DNA from: Nitrosopumilaceae archaeon | GTDB taxonomy: Archaea; Thermoproteota; Nitrososphaeria; Nitrososphaerales; Nitrosopumilaceae | Direction: 5' to 3' | Length of the DNA stretch: 64,000 nucleotides | NCBI GenBank assembly: GCA_965208905.1 | Contig: OZ242365.1 | Coordinates: forward strand, 1,216,001-1,280,000 | Part shown: piece after piece, positions 21,929-33,558 of the stretch | Numbering within the stretch: the stretch's first letter is position 1 | Layout of the letters: the number at the start of each line of letters is the position of its first letter | The notes under the pieces: model-generated | The model's input: only the letters and a program-made list of their open reading frames with translations | Database searches by the model: none | Told to the model about the DNA's origin: nothing | Translations under genes and position numbers: made by a program

Positions 21929-22349
21929 ATGTTGTGTGATCTCTCCGCTTACCACAATCTTACGTTCTCCCGCGAAGACCGTGAATAAAATATCATAATG
22001 TCCGCCTGTATGAGAGGCATTATGTGATGGTCTTTTAGATTGGCAGATACTATATTACTTAGTCTAACATCTTTAGTCTAAGTTACATACAGTAGTGGAT
22101 ATCAGTATGATGAGACAAGGGTTATGTGATACATGCCCAAAGTTTACTACAAAATCATTACTTACAGAATAACTTGGTAAATTTTGCCTCTGGAACACTA
22201 TCAGACTATACTGTATACTAGATTTGGAGCATTCTCAGTCTTGGAAGGAGCCATGAACTTCATGTTAACTCTAAGTTTTGTTCACATATGCAGATCCAAA
22301 AACACTAAACACCTTATCAAAATATAAGGAGGCAGTGTGTAGTATAACT

Positions 22350-22637
22350 ATGCCATTAAAACGGGCAAGTAGAGGTCGAACAAAGGGCGGAAAGGGCTCC
22401 AGTGGTGTTGTACAATGCACTAACTGTGGGCAGACCGTGCCAAAAGATAAGGCAAAAAAAGTTACCTCCCGACTAAATCTGGTAGAACATACGCTAGCTA
22501 AAGAGCTTAGGTCTCAGGGTGCATACATTGCAGCACCTACAGTTCTAAAGTGGTACTGCATATCATGTGCCATACACTATAAAATATTAAAAATACGTTC
22601 TGCAGACAATCGCCGCAAACGTGGCCGATTGCGATAA
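22350..22637 (+). CDS. rps26e: 30S ribosomal protein S26e
   Basis: MPLKRASRGR...VQCTNCG..VPKDKA...YCISCAIH. Confidence 0.95.
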   Translation: MPLKRASRGRTKGGKGSSGVVQCTNCGQTVPKDKAKKVTSRLNLVEHTLAKELRSQGAYIAAPTVLKWYCISCAIHYKILKIRSADNRRKRGRLR

Positions 22638-22644
22638 CCCCAAA

Positions 22645-23244
22645 CTATGTATTATCTTTGTAATCTTCTTGCTTGAGCTTCCTGTATATGTGCCGCATTC
22701 TTTGTGCCACAGTTATCGCGGATATGATAATTACTATAAACACCGCCAGTGTCACCATGCCGGGTATCATGCCGATTATGGCAATTACCAATAACCGTTC
22801 TGCTCGCTCGCCTATGCCATAACCCTGAATATTTATCTGCAGTGCATCGGCTTTGGCACGGGCATAACTTACCAGTAGCGACAATCCTATGGCCAACAGT
22901 GCCAAGTCTGGAGAGACTAGCCCGCCGGAGGCTAATCCTGCAAAGATGGCAACTTCGGCTATCTTGTCAAACATAGAGTCCAGAAAAGCACCTGACCGCG
23001 ATGCCTTACCGGTTACACGCGCCACCTGCCCATCTATAACATCAAAGAATCCAGATATCAGCAGCATAATGCCGCCAAATATGTATGCATATTCAGTGAC
23101 GCTACCATACAGTATGGCCGCACCAAAGGCCGTCACCAGACCCATGACCGTCCAAAAATTAGCTGATAGGCCGGTACGCGCAAACGCCCTACCCAAGCTC
23201 TCAGTATATGGCAGTAGCCTATCGCGCAGTCGATTTAGCACCAT
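22645..23244 (-). CDS. CDP-alcohol phosphatidyltransferase (archaetidylinositol phosphate synthase-like)
   Basis: DVIDGQVAR...GAFLDSMFD motif. Confidence 0.9.
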   Translation of the reverse strand: MVLNRLRDRLLPYTESLGRAFARTGLSANFWTVMGLVTAFGAAILYGSVTEYAYIFGGIMLLISGFFDVIDGQVARVTGKASRSGAFLDSMFDKIAEVAIFAGLASGGLVSPDLALLAIGLSLLVSYARAKADALQINIQGYGIGERAERLLVIAIIGMIPGMVTLAVFIVIIISAITVAQRMRHIYRKLKQEDYKDNT

Positions 23245-24113
23245 TATTTCACTCTGTCCGATACGGTCATGGCGGCCAGAATAGAAATTAATTTGGCGGC
23301 TAGCGTTCCTCCGGCCCCGTTATCAAACAGAGGATTTAACTCTACAATGTCGGCTCCGACAACATTACTTTTATCCAATGAATATATCATGGAGAATAAC
23401 TCTCTGGATGATATGCCACAACTCTCTGGATTACCCACACCTGGACAAAATGCAGGATCTAGCACATCCATATCTATACTAATGTATATGGAATCATGCA
23501 ATTTAACAAACTCTGACAGTTGAGATGGCCCTGTTCCATTTTGTATGTCTTCATCGGTTATCATTTGAATTTTGGATTCCTGAGCGTATGCCGCCTCCTC
23601 GGCAGCATATGCCCGTCCACCCACATGCAGTACACGAGAGCTGTCACGCTTCTCAACAATACGCCGTAGAAACGAGGCATGACTGAGTCTGGCACCAGCA
23701 TACTGATCTCGTAAATCATAATGAGCATCAAATATTACAAGGGCAACGTTATCAGGAAATGCCATGTATGAGCCCAACGTAACTAGATGCTCACCACCCA
23801 GAATTATTGGTATTGTATCACCTTTGCGCATCTCAGATGACACCAACCGAACCATCTTTACCATGTCAGCAGCATCAACAGTCTGTACGAGATTGCCCAA
23901 ATCATTCATGGCCATCTCCTCTAAATCCACGCCAAACCTAGAATGAAATACCTCGATGTTGTTGAACATGCCTCGAATGTAATCTGGCGCAAACCTACAA
24001 CCGGGACGATACGAGTGGGTAGAATCGAATGGAACTCCCAGTATTGTGGCTGCTGGTTTTCCATTGCCAGACAGTAGTACAGATGGATTGGTATAAAATT
24101 GAGTATAACTCAA
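23244..24113 (-). CDS. speB: Agmatinase
   Basis: GGEH, DAHYD, SIDMDVLDP ureohydrolase motifs. Confidence 0.9.
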   Translation of the reverse strand: MSYTQFYTNPSVLLSGNGKPAATILGVPFDSTHSYRPGCRFAPDYIRGMFNNIEVFHSRFGVDLEEMAMNDLGNLVQTVDAADMVKMVRLVSSEMRKGDTIPIILGGEHLVTLGSYMAFPDNVALVIFDAHYDLRDQYAGARLSHASFLRRIVEKRDSSRVLHVGGRAYAAEEAAYAQESKIQMITDEDIQNGTGPSQLSEFVKLHDSIYISIDMDVLDPAFCPGVGNPESCGISSRELFSMIYSLDKSNVVGADIVELNPLFDNGAGGTLAAKLISILAAMTVSDRVK

Positions 24114-24120
24114 TTCATCA

Positions 24121-25980
24121 TCATACCATTATTTGAGGTCGTTTAGATAGCAGTCCCGGTTGGTTTAACATGGCCCATGGCTTTCCACGAACCTCCTCTC
24201 TTATATCAGATATGAGCTGCTCTATTGTGATATTAATTATGCTGCCGCCACGTCTATCCCTTACAGATAACTCCCCATCAAGTCCATTGGCCGCTTCTTT
24301 TGAACCCACCACTATGATGTATGGTATCCACTCCTTCTCTGCTTCACGCACCCTCTTGCCGAGACTCTCGTTGCGTTCGTCGATATCTGTCCTTACCATT
24401 CTACGGTTCATATAACTTGCCAACTTTGTTGCAAACGGTATTGTATCATCGTGTACGGGAACTATTCTAACTTGTGTAGGACAAAGCCATAGTGGAAATG
24501 TTGGCTTCTCTCCTTTCTTTAACTTGTGGGAAGCATTCTCTAGTAGGGCATATATGACACGTTCAATAGCCCCGGATGGGGAGTTGTGTAGTATTATGGG
24601 ATTTTGTGGTTTATTGTTGCTATCTACAAATTCTATACCAAAATGATCGCCATTCTCCACATCTATCTGATCCGTGGAGAGGGATGTAGCCCTACCGACA
24701 GAGTCGATATAATTAAACTCCCATTTTAATACAAAGTAAAAGAACCTCTCTTTCCACATCTCCACTAAGATAGGCTTGTTGTGCTGGCGTACAAGATTCA
24801 GTACAACATCTTTATTTTCATTGTAAAAGTCCTCGGTGAGCCGTACGGCCACCTCATATCTGTCTTGTTCTATACCCATCTCGTGTAGTACGTCCTTAGA
24901 CAGATTAAAGCGAACATCCAGTTCTGAAATGGCCTGCGACATGTTGGCGCAGAATGCATGACAATCAGGCATCGTAAAGGCTCGCAAGCGCCGTAGTCCT
25001 GCCAGCTCGCCGGACTGTTCTCGCCGAAAACTGTACCGCGTAAGTTCATACAATTTGTATGGTAAGTTTTTGTATGACATTTGAAAGTCATGTGCAATCA
25101 AAAATTGACCAAAACAGGCGGCAAATCTTAGGAATAGCTGCCTTCCTTCAGAGTCTATGCTGTATTGCCGCGCAGGAAATCTATTAAAATACTTGATCAT
25201 GCTGGGATGATCCGAGTCGTACATTATGGGCGTCTCCACCTCAAACCCACCATACTCCCGCACTGACTTTGTCACGTATCGCTCTATGAGTGATTTTATC
25301 AACCTGCCGTTGGGGTAGAATCTCATGTTGCCTTGATCAGAGGCAGGCTCGTAGTCAGCGATAGCCAGGCGTTTCATAAGTGCCACATGTGGAGGTCTGT
25401 CATCTCCACCACGCTTTTTAGCTGATTCATATCTTGCTAGCACCTCAAGACTCTGATTTTTAGTAAAGTTGTAGTCTTTCAGAGGAGTCATTGTTCCATC
25501 CGGAGTCATTATGTACCAGTACGAAACTATCTTGGACTCGGCACTCAATGCGTCTGACTCGCTACCGTCCTTGCCACCACTGCGTACAATTTTTAGACCT
25601 TCGGCTAGTGGGTGACCCTTTACATGTATGGCGTAAGACTTTGTCCAACCAAATGCTGATCTATATGTTTCGCTATATTTTGACTGTTGTTGCATCGCAG
25701 TGAGTATGTCAAGAGCAATACGCGCAGGTGCAAGATCAGCACTAAGGTGAGCGTACGGGTATAGTAGTAATCGTGTGCAACCTAACCGCTCCATCACATT
25801 TCCAATCTGAAACATGGCTTTTGACGCTACAGTGTCATCATCTCCTTTTTCAACTGCAATAAATGCTGCCAGCACCTCCTCAACACGTACGGTTTCAGGT
25901 GCTATGTCTTCGGCAGCAGGAATCTCCTTTTTTGTAGGTGTGAACTCTACATGGTCACAGTGCAAATGCAAAATACGCAT
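24121..25980 (-). CDS. thrS: Threonyl-tRNA synthetase (archaeal editing domain)
   Basis: LYPYAHLS, LRFAACFGQF, FRREQSGEL, SPSGAIER. Confidence 0.97.
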   Translation of the reverse strand: MRILHLHCDHVEFTPTKKEIPAAEDIAPETVRVEEVLAAFIAVEKGDDDTVASKAMFQIGNVMERLGCTRLLLYPYAHLSADLAPARIALDILTAMQQQSKYSETYRSAFGWTKSYAIHVKGHPLAEGLKIVRSGGKDGSESDALSAESKIVSYWYIMTPDGTMTPLKDYNFTKNQSLEVLARYESAKKRGGDDRPPHVALMKRLAIADYEPASDQGNMRFYPNGRLIKSLIERYVTKSVREYGGFEVETPIMYDSDHPSMIKYFNRFPARQYSIDSEGRQLFLRFAACFGQFLIAHDFQMSYKNLPYKLYELTRYSFRREQSGELAGLRRLRAFTMPDCHAFCANMSQAISELDVRFNLSKDVLHEMGIEQDRYEVAVRLTEDFYNENKDVVLNLVRQHNKPILVEMWKERFFYFVLKWEFNYIDSVGRATSLSTDQIDVENGDHFGIEFVDSNNKPQNPIILHNSPSGAIERVIYALLENASHKLKKGEKPTFPLWLCPTQVRIVPVHDDTIPFATKLASYMNRRMVRTDIDERNESLGKRVREAEKEWIPYIIVVGSKEAANGLDGELSVRDRRGGSIINITIEQLISDIREEVRGKPWAMLNQPGLLSKRPQIMV

Positions 25981-26399
25981 AATAACTCGAACACTATAAC
26001 AAAATTAAACCTTTCATTTTGTCTGGTTTTGTGTATGTGATGTGTTGATACTTTAAATTCAATATGATGTTAAAATTTAAATAAAGACTTGGAATTTGTC
26101 GATACTACTGTATTGTGTAGAGTACTAAATATAGTGAACTTGATTATGGCCCATACGTTATAGTAATTTCGGTTAAAATCTGTACAAAAATCACATAAAC
26201 ATAGTATGGTACTAAGGGGGAATCGTAAACTAGGCTATATAATAATGGTGTCTGCGCAGTTATAGTTACTACACGACAAACAAGATACAAGTGAATTATA
26301 TAGAATTAAGACATGCACAGTCGCCCCATCTGCAACAACTCGTTGCGGTAATACGGCTAGGTACACTCTACATCTCAGATAGTCGTGCATCCTGGCTAC

Positions 26400-27300
26400 C
26401 TTTATCTCTCCTGTACAATACATACGATTTATGAACTCTATAACCGCAGTTGAAAGTGTGTTGTTTTTGTATCTTTCACTGTCTCCAACTGGAGTTAGTC
26501 TCTGAACCGTATGGTGGTAGGTATTCTAGAATGACATCTCTTCTGAACTTTTCTAGGCCTCCTTTACAGAAAGGAATTTGTGATATATGGCATCATCTAG
26601 AAATATCAAAACACTTCCATACTTAGCATGTATCTTGTATAGTCCAAAAAGATCTCCCTATTCACCTTCTCTGCAAATATACAATACTCTTTACTTTCAT
26701 CTAGAACCCCCGATTGTATAGAATCGTTGATTGGACAGTAAAGATGAAACATTGACTTTTACTCCTTTACGAAACCAACCGGTTGCTCCACTGTACCCTA
26801 CTATTGTAGAGCACTCATCTTTGTAGTGTATCTTTTCTGCAGTATTTACGAGCTAGGCGCCCAGCTTTTTTTCTCGTTAATCTCTTCTTTGGTGGGGACA
26901 TTTGGGTGGCGTGGGCGTGCCTTTCTCCATGGCGGCCCATTTTATGCAACAGACATAGCATCTTACTGCTCTTGTATTCGATATTATACTTATTTCGGAC
27001 GTGTGCTATGACCAATGGAGCCATCTAGACTCAAAGCAGCATTTGGTCGAGCCGTCTATTGGATCTTGTCTCAGCTCGTCTTGCTGCATATAGATTAGTT
27101 TGCATTCGGTACTAGGACGTGTAGTAGCCTTCAAGACTCATCTTGTGCATACGCCGTAACCACTCTACCACTGTGCCTAATGATGCGTCTAGAATGCCCC
27201 ATTTCACGTAGAGAGTAATCCTTCTTTTTATGGAGACATACTTGAAGTTTCAAATATACATTGGCACCCTTCTCTTTTTTACGCATTTTACATATCATTA
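26400..27300 (-). pseudogene. Decayed IS630-family transposase
   Basis: Fragments LLHKMG (wHTH), VLIFLDDAIYHK, LPPYGSETN; multiple stops and frameshifts; ends approximate. Confidence 0.7.
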
Positions 27301-27881
27301 TGTTGGCATGAAATCGCCATATTTGGGAAGTTATTTGTTGTTTATTAGAAAATTAGTATTTAACACTGGTACTGTACATGGTAATTTTTTATTGGAATTT
27401 AAGTTATAACTTTGTAAAAACTCCAATTATGGTCACTATACAAGTCTCGAATATCTTTTTACACATGATTGATCAGAACAGATAATATCTTGTGTATGAG
27501 GTATATGTATCTACTAAATACAAATTGCCGTACATGCGTCTTGATGTACAACTTTACTATTTTTCCGTATTTTAAAAGTAATTTAAAACAAAAATTATCA
27601 AAAATAACTCCCTTCAGGTAAAACTATGATGATCTAAAATGATTCAAGTCACTTATCAAGTTTTTTAATAATACTTTAGATGCAAAATTTACCAAGAATT
27701 ATTCTGTAGATAAGTTATGATTTTGCAATAAATCTTGAATGTTTGTTATATGACACTTGTATTATTCTAATATCCACTGCCATATAGTTGGCTTGGACTA
27801 TGATGCCAGTCTGAGTAATACAATGTCGGCCAATCTCAAATACCATGATACAGTGACATTCACACAGGTTGATGCTATGTT

Positions 27882-28256
27882 CTATTCGCAGTATTTGCGA
27901 GAGGAATCCTCCATATGCGTGTCCAAGAGTATGCGGGCTCTTAATATGATTGCAGACATACCTAATTGTGACATTGTGAAATCTGCCGTCTTTTGAAGTG
28001 AATCATGTCTACCGTACCCCTCATCATAAGTCATCTGTATGGTATGTCCACCCATCTCCAAATGTACTACTATTACATCATACGGCCTATCCTCTTGTGT
28101 TAGCCTGTATAGGTGTAATTCGATCTTTTTAATTAACATGTCATGCATGTTAAGTGGCTCTTGTAGTATTACGACAACATCATCTGGTAACTTTTGTGTA
28201 ACGGCGTTGGGGATATCATACACATTCATCAAAATTATAATTGTAGTACCATACAT
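27882..28256 (-). CDS. Hypothetical protein
   Basis: 124 aa ORF divergent from dys. Confidence 0.6.
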   Translation of the reverse strand: MYGTTIIILMNVYDIPNAVTQKLPDDVVVILQEPLNMHDMLIKKIELHLYRLTQEDRPYDVIVVHLEMGGHTIQMTYDEGYGRHDSLQKTADFTMSQLGMSAIILRARILLDTHMEDSSRKYCE

Positions 28257-28347
28257 AATTGTTAAAAATGTCTAAAAAATCACAATTGCATTATATGTGA
28301 AGTCCATCAAGAATAGTTTATAGAAACCCCCTCATAATCAAGATGTA

Positions 28348-29403
28348 GTGAGCGAATTTACTGGTCATAACATTCCACATATACAACTAGACCCGGACAT
28401 GACGATATCTGATCTGATTGACGTTTATGCATCATCTGGATTTAATGGGAGGAGTTTGGGTGAGGCGGCAAAACTATATCTAAAGATGATTCAAACAGAT
28501 GCGACCATATGTCTGACAGTGTCGGGGGCTCTATCACCGGTGGGCATGGGTGGCATAATACGTTCATTGATAGAGCGGGGATTCGTTGACTGGGTCATTA
28601 CAACAGGAGCCAACGTATACCATGAGGACCACTTTGCGTGGGGCCTTCCTGTGAAACAGGGCTATCACCATGTGGATGATGCTATACTATTTCAGAAAGA
28701 GATTGTGCGGATTCGTGATGTCTACATCAAATTTTATGAAACATTAGAAGCTCAAGATCAGGTAATTCAAAAATATTTTGATGGCGTTATGGACAAACGT
28801 CCGTTTACAACTGCCGAGTTCTGCAACCATATAGGTGAGATGAGCTACAAATATGCTGAATATCCAAACAAAAGTTTTGTAACTGCAGCATACGAGTATG
28901 GTGTTCCCGTATACATATCGACACTGAAAGACTCATCATTAGCTCTGAATTTAGCTATACAGCGACTCAAAGATAAGAGATACTCACTGGACTTTGTACG
29001 CGAGATTCTAGAACAGGCTGCAATAGTGTACAACTCAGAGTCATCCGGAATATTAGAGTTGGGTGGTGGGGTCCCAAAGAATACCGCTCAACAGACCGGA
29101 CCTTTACTGGATCAAATACTGCGCAGAAATGATGGCGGTCAAGATTATATAATACAGATAACTGATGCTAGGCCCGACACTGGAGGCCTATCTGGTGCCA
29201 CACTACAAGAAGGAAAGAGTTGGGGCAAGGTACAGAGTGCGCATAGTGGACTTGTCACTGTATATACGGATGCGACCATAGCATTTCCCATACTCGCACT
29301 ATATGTGATGAGTAACCATGTGCCACGAAAGCCCCGCCGTCTGTATGAAAAACTTGGCACATTTTACGACAAACTTGCCACAGACTACTTTAAAATGACT
29401 TAG
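28348..29403 (+). CDS. dys: Deoxyhypusine synthase family protein
   Basis: ITTGANVYHE, LGGGVPKN, GGLSGATLQEGKSWGK, DATIAFP. Confidence 0.85.
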   Translation: MSEFTGHNIPHIQLDPDMTISDLIDVYASSGFNGRSLGEAAKLYLKMIQTDATICLTVSGALSPVGMGGIIRSLIERGFVDWVITTGANVYHEDHFAWGLPVKQGYHHVDDAILFQKEIVRIRDVYIKFYETLEAQDQVIQKYFDGVMDKRPFTTAEFCNHIGEMSYKYAEYPNKSFVTAAYEYGVPVYISTLKDSSLALNLAIQRLKDKRYSLDFVREILEQAAIVYNSESSGILELGGGVPKNTAQQTGPLLDQILRRNDGGQDYIIQITDARPDTGGLSGATLQEGKSWGKVQSAHSGLVTVYTDATIAFPILALYVMSNHVPRKPRRLYEKLGTFYDKLATDYFKMT

Positions 29404-29606
29404 CCCCACCGTGCCCGTTCTAAATCTCTGTCCCCCTTTGACTCTTTTTTGTACTCTCGGTAATGTTCCTTGCACAGCACAGATCTCTTACTCTTGACAC
29501 GTATTCGTAGGCCTGCACTCTCGACCTTTGTGGTGTTCAAAGATCGTGACCCAATATTGTTGCATCCATCCACGCTGCAAGTTGTACCTTTGGACACTAC
29601 TCCCAT
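29400..29606 (-). CDS. Small conserved Cys-rich hypothetical protein
   Basis: CSVDGC...LCKEHY. Confidence 0.7.
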   Translation of the reverse strand: MGVVSKGTTCSVDGCNNIGSRSLNTTKVESAGLRIRVKSKRSVLCKEHYREYKKESKGDRDLERARWG

Positions 29607-29838
29607 AGTAATTATTTTCATTTATCATGATATAAATCCCTTTTACCCCCACGAGTGGGAATTATATCGTTGAATCCATGGCATACTATTGTACTGTCAA
29701 TAGTATCCATGATGTTGATGATGTCTGTGACCGCGACTGGGAAGTTGGTGAGGAATGGTAACCTCTGGGAAAAGCGGGGGATGGCGTCGGAACTGGGAAC
29801 AGACTAACCATAGATTACGATGTGTAATATAGAAGGAA

Positions 29839-30390
29839 GTGGAAACGTTTGAAAACGACGGTTTCACGCTCGTGCTGACAGACAAAAGCCATCAAAACTC
29901 GCGCACCTTTGGTTCGTGTGCGATCTACATGCGCGGCTCCGTCGAACCGGTGCTGATGCCGTCCGGTAATCAGAGGCAGACTGTCTACGGTGGCGCGACC
30001 TTCATAAAACACATCTGCCTATCATTGTCCAAACAAGCAATCGACAGGTCGTTCATCAGGTATCTGGACAAGCTACTGCGCCGCTTCGTCAGCCGGCCGT
30101 CATCATTGACAACTCCGCGTATCGCGACCAGAGACGCGCACGGCGGTACTTGAAAAGGAACAGCGGTTTTGTAAAATTAGTATTTCTACCCCCGCACTCG
30201 TCATTCCTGAACTCGGACAACTGGCTGTGATGCGAGGACAAGGCAAGGATATGTGGGATGTTCAGGTAGCCGACCAAAAGTTACTTTAGGTGGAAAGTGA
30301 TGCTCGTGTACGAGTCACTTGAGATAATATTCAATCCGCGCGACATTTTGTTCAAAAACTTGGACAAGATATTTCCAACATAAAGCGTAC
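29839..30390 (+). pseudogene. Decayed IS630-family transposase (DDE part)
   Basis: GFTLVLTDKSH, QTVYGG, FIRYLDKLLRRF, then frameshifted LVFLPPHSSFLN. Confidence 0.6.
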
Positions 30391-30444
30391 GAAGGGAATT
30401 TATGATCCCAACCATGTATGCTGATTGGATATACTCGACACATA

Positions 30445-31224
30445 TTATGCTGCCAGATCTCCGTATGTGGCATTCTGCTGAGTTTCGACGGGCATCTTTT
30501 GGCGCCTCCAATCTGCAAAGGAGGCCAGATAAAGCCGGACTCCATCCACCCCCACATGCTTTAGGGCATAATATGCCAGTGCCGAGAGAGTGCCCGAGTC
30601 GTTATCATACGTTATGACGTTCGATTCCACGCCTATTCCCCTGTTGGCGAAGAGATGAAGCAGCTCGTCCTTTCCTCGCAGCACGGAGCTAGGCGATGAT
30701 AGGGCTCGATATGGTATGCTCACAGCCCCCGGAATGTGCATCGCAAGAAAGTCCAGCCTTCGGCGGCTATCCACCAGAATTGTTGAGCTGTTGGTCAACT
30801 CCACATCCCGTATGGTGGCCACCATGCTTGGGTTTGTCTTGACGGAATATCCGACGTGCATAATGTCAGGCACATCATAATCGTACTCCAATCCCTGCTC
30901 CAGCCAATTCGCATAGGAGCATTCCAACAGCGACACGTTCTGGTACCCGGCATGTTCCAAGCGCCAGGCCACCAGGGCCGCGGCTGTCCCAAAATAGCCG
31001 TCATATATGACCACGAGAGGACCATTGTTGGATATGCCCAAAGAGCCGGCCAGTCTTGCGGCCGTCCCTGCATTCTGTTCAGCCACTATACTGGAGACGG
31101 ACAGATTCAGGGCGGTGGGTATGTGACCTGCCCTGTACTCGTCTGCAGTTCTAGCATCCACCACATGGATGCTTCTGTCGGCTATTCCGGATCTCAGCGC
31201 ATCCGTATTCGTTAGCACTCCCAT
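30445..31224 (-). CDS. Two-domain rhodanese/sulfurtransferase, catalytic Cys absent
   Basis: VDAR..EYRAGHIP, HIPGAV, active loop VITYDNDSGT, YLASFADW. Confidence 0.85.
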   Translation of the reverse strand: MGVLTNTDALRSGIADRSIHVVDARTADEYRAGHIPTALNLSVSSIVAEQNAGTAARLAGSLGISNNGPLVVIYDGYFGTAAALVAWRLEHAGYQNVSLLECSYANWLEQGLEYDYDVPDIMHVGYSVKTNPSMVATIRDVELTNSSTILVDSRRRLDFLAMHIPGAVSIPYRALSSPSSVLRGKDELLHLFANRGIGVESNVITYDNDSGTLSALAYYALKHVGVDGVRLYLASFADWRRQKMPVETQQNATYGDLAA

Positions 31225-31227
31225 AGA

Positions 31228-32997
31228 TTATTTAGTACACCCCCGTCCGATGACTATCTTGTATGGAATGTCGGTCCCATAGTCGGTGTAAAAGTCAGGG
31301 TCATCGTCCCGGCTGGGCGGGGAGATCAGCGGGGTCACCATGTCTTGCAGGTCGGCAACGGATGTCTGTTCGGCACCATCGCAGACTCGGCGTATCCACG
31401 ACTCCAGATTGTCCCCGTCCTGTTTCCTCTCTCGGAAGATGTCCAGCAGGTGGAGTATTACTGGAATGACACGTTTTGCGGGAACGTTCGCGAGTTTGTG
31501 GCCCAAGGTGGAGTCGGCGCCAGTCCTGCCTCCTATAAGCATGGTGTATGCAGGATACATATCACGGCCGTTCCTGCCGCTGCCACCGTACAGCCCGACT
31601 GTAGCCACGACGTGCTGACCGCACGAATTAGGGCAGCCGCTAACCTTTATTGATGATCCCCAGAGATCCTTGTCTTCGTCCAGTCCGCGTTTCAGAAACT
31701 GTCGCTGTATCTCCTTGGCCATACGGTGGGAGTTGGTGAGTGCCAAATTACACGAGGACATGCCCACACAACCCAGTGTGGCGGCCATCGTAAGCGCCCC
31801 GGTTCTGGCCAGGTTAGCCTTGAGCAGGCGCGAGTACAGGGATACGAGATCGTCTTGGTGTACGTACCGTAGTACCACATTCTGGATGAGTCCCAGACGC
31901 GCAGTACTCTCACCCGAATATTCCTCTATAATATCAGCCAAGTCAGAGAGCTGCCGAGATGAGATGTCGCCGGCTTCTAGGGTTACAAAGACTGTACGAT
32001 ACTCTGGTTGCTTCTGCACAAACGTGCTGGTCTGAACCCACTTGGAATAGCCTGGCTCGACCACCTCTTCGGCCGATATGCGGACTGGTCGGCGGACTGC
32101 GGCAGGCATATCCTCCAGATCAAGGTTCACCCTAGCCGCCTGCGTAATGCGCACGGCAGTCCTCTCTTTTAATATCAGGTTACGGAATTTTTCCCAGCCC
32201 ATCTGCTCAACCAAGTACCTAAGCCGGTTCTTGTGCCTACTCTTGCGGTCTCCCAGCCGGTCATAGACCTTGAGAACGGCTATAAGCGTGTATATGACAT
32301 TGTCCTCATCAGTAAAGTCCTCTATCTGTCGAGCTATGCAGGATTTGGCACCCAGCCCGCCACCAGCAAAGAACTTAAAGCCGCGCCTTGCCTGACCGTT
32401 CACCGTCCGGATTTGTGGCACCAAACCCACATCCGCCGTCCGGGCCCGACCATGGTTCTCACAGCAGTCGTATGTAATCTTGAACTTGCGAGGAATGTTC
32501 TGAGTCATTGTGTTCCTCAGAAAGAAGCGGCTGGTTGCTTCCGCGTACGGCGTAGGGTCAAATACCTCGTCCGGACAGACACCTGCCGTGGGGCTACACA
32601 CTACATTGTGAACGGTATCACCGCACGACTCCCGACTGGTCAGATCCACCTCCGCAAGACTTCTCAGTATGTCTGGAACATCCTCCAGTACGACCCAGTG
32701 CAGTTGCACGTTCTCACGCGCAGTGATGTGGGCGCTGCCTATCGAGTATTGCTCACTGAGCAATGAGAACCGCCTCAGTTGCTCGGGCGATATGCGGCCC
32801 GCCGGTACCTTTACCCGCAACATTGAGTAGTCTGAAGTCAGGCGCGTAACATAACCACCATTATGTATGCGATACTTTACAAATGCATCCGGTGGATACG
32901 TGCCCGCCCTGTATCTCTTCACCTTGTCAGCAAAGTCATCAACGTCTCTCACATCTGCCCACCTGAAGGTTGACTGTTGGAGCGGATGGGGACACAT
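31228..32997 (-). CDS. Sulfite/nitrite reductase (siroheme), divergent copy 2
   Basis: Colinear paralog of 17028-18815; GCVGMSSCNLA, SGCPNSCGQH; TTTTATA about 30 bp above ATG 32997. Confidence 0.9.
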   Translation of the reverse strand: MCPHPLQQSTFRWADVRDVDDFADKVKRYRAGTYPPDAFVKYRIHNGGYVTRLTSDYSMLRVKVPAGRISPEQLRRFSLLSEQYSIGSAHITARENVQLHWVVLEDVPDILRSLAEVDLTSRESCGDTVHNVVCSPTAGVCPDEVFDPTPYAEATSRFFLRNTMTQNIPRKFKITYDCCENHGRARTADVGLVPQIRTVNGQARRGFKFFAGGGLGAKSCIARQIEDFTDEDNVIYTLIAVLKVYDRLGDRKSRHKNRLRYLVEQMGWEKFRNLILKERTAVRITQAARVNLDLEDMPAAVRRPVRISAEEVVEPGYSKWVQTSTFVQKQPEYRTVFVTLEAGDISSRQLSDLADIIEEYSGESTARLGLIQNVVLRYVHQDDLVSLYSRLLKANLARTGALTMAATLGCVGMSSCNLALTNSHRMAKEIQRQFLKRGLDEDKDLWGSSIKVSGCPNSCGQHVVATVGLYGGSGRNGRDMYPAYTMLIGGRTGADSTLGHKLANVPAKRVIPVILHLLDIFRERKQDGDNLESWIRRVCDGAEQTSVADLQDMVTPLISPPSRDDDPDFYTDYGTDIPYKIVIGRGCTK

Positions 32998-33558
32998 GAC
33001 TCTAAAATATCCTTTATATCCTATAAAAATATCTTGGTGTGATCGGGACTGTTGTGTAATTCGATACTGATCCCATTGAAGCCCGCCCGTTAGATTTTTT
33101 GATCGCTGATTCCCCACACTCGGCAATGAATAGACGGCCAGACTATTGGACATGCTACCACCTGAGACACAGTAGCAAAATGTCATTCATGATTGACGCC
33201 GTGATAAATTTGGTACGGGGGCACCCGTGCCCGCTCCAAGATAGGAGCAGCCGGGGACGACACCCATTCACTCCAAGGACAAACTAGACTTCATCCGTAT
33301 ACTGATAGTCGCTTGGCACAAGACCTCCCGCGACATGGAGAGACCTGTAGGTGATAAAGTTACAGTCCTTGCCGGCATATGCCGGCAGCACCCATGTTAA
33401 GGGGCGCCTGGATGTGGAGGGTTCTTGCATTGGCTCCCTTGTGAAACATCAAGCACTGACTGGAGAACGGGGGTGCTCCATGTACAATTGTTCCTTGGCG
33501 TGACATGTAATGCTGCAAGCCGGGGAGCTGCGCGCTTGCACAAGAACCTGAGTGGTAT

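Noticed and set aside
32998-33186. Upstream extension of reductase copy 2 in the ORF track
   Set aside because: No similarity to copy 1, and it contains the probable TATA box.
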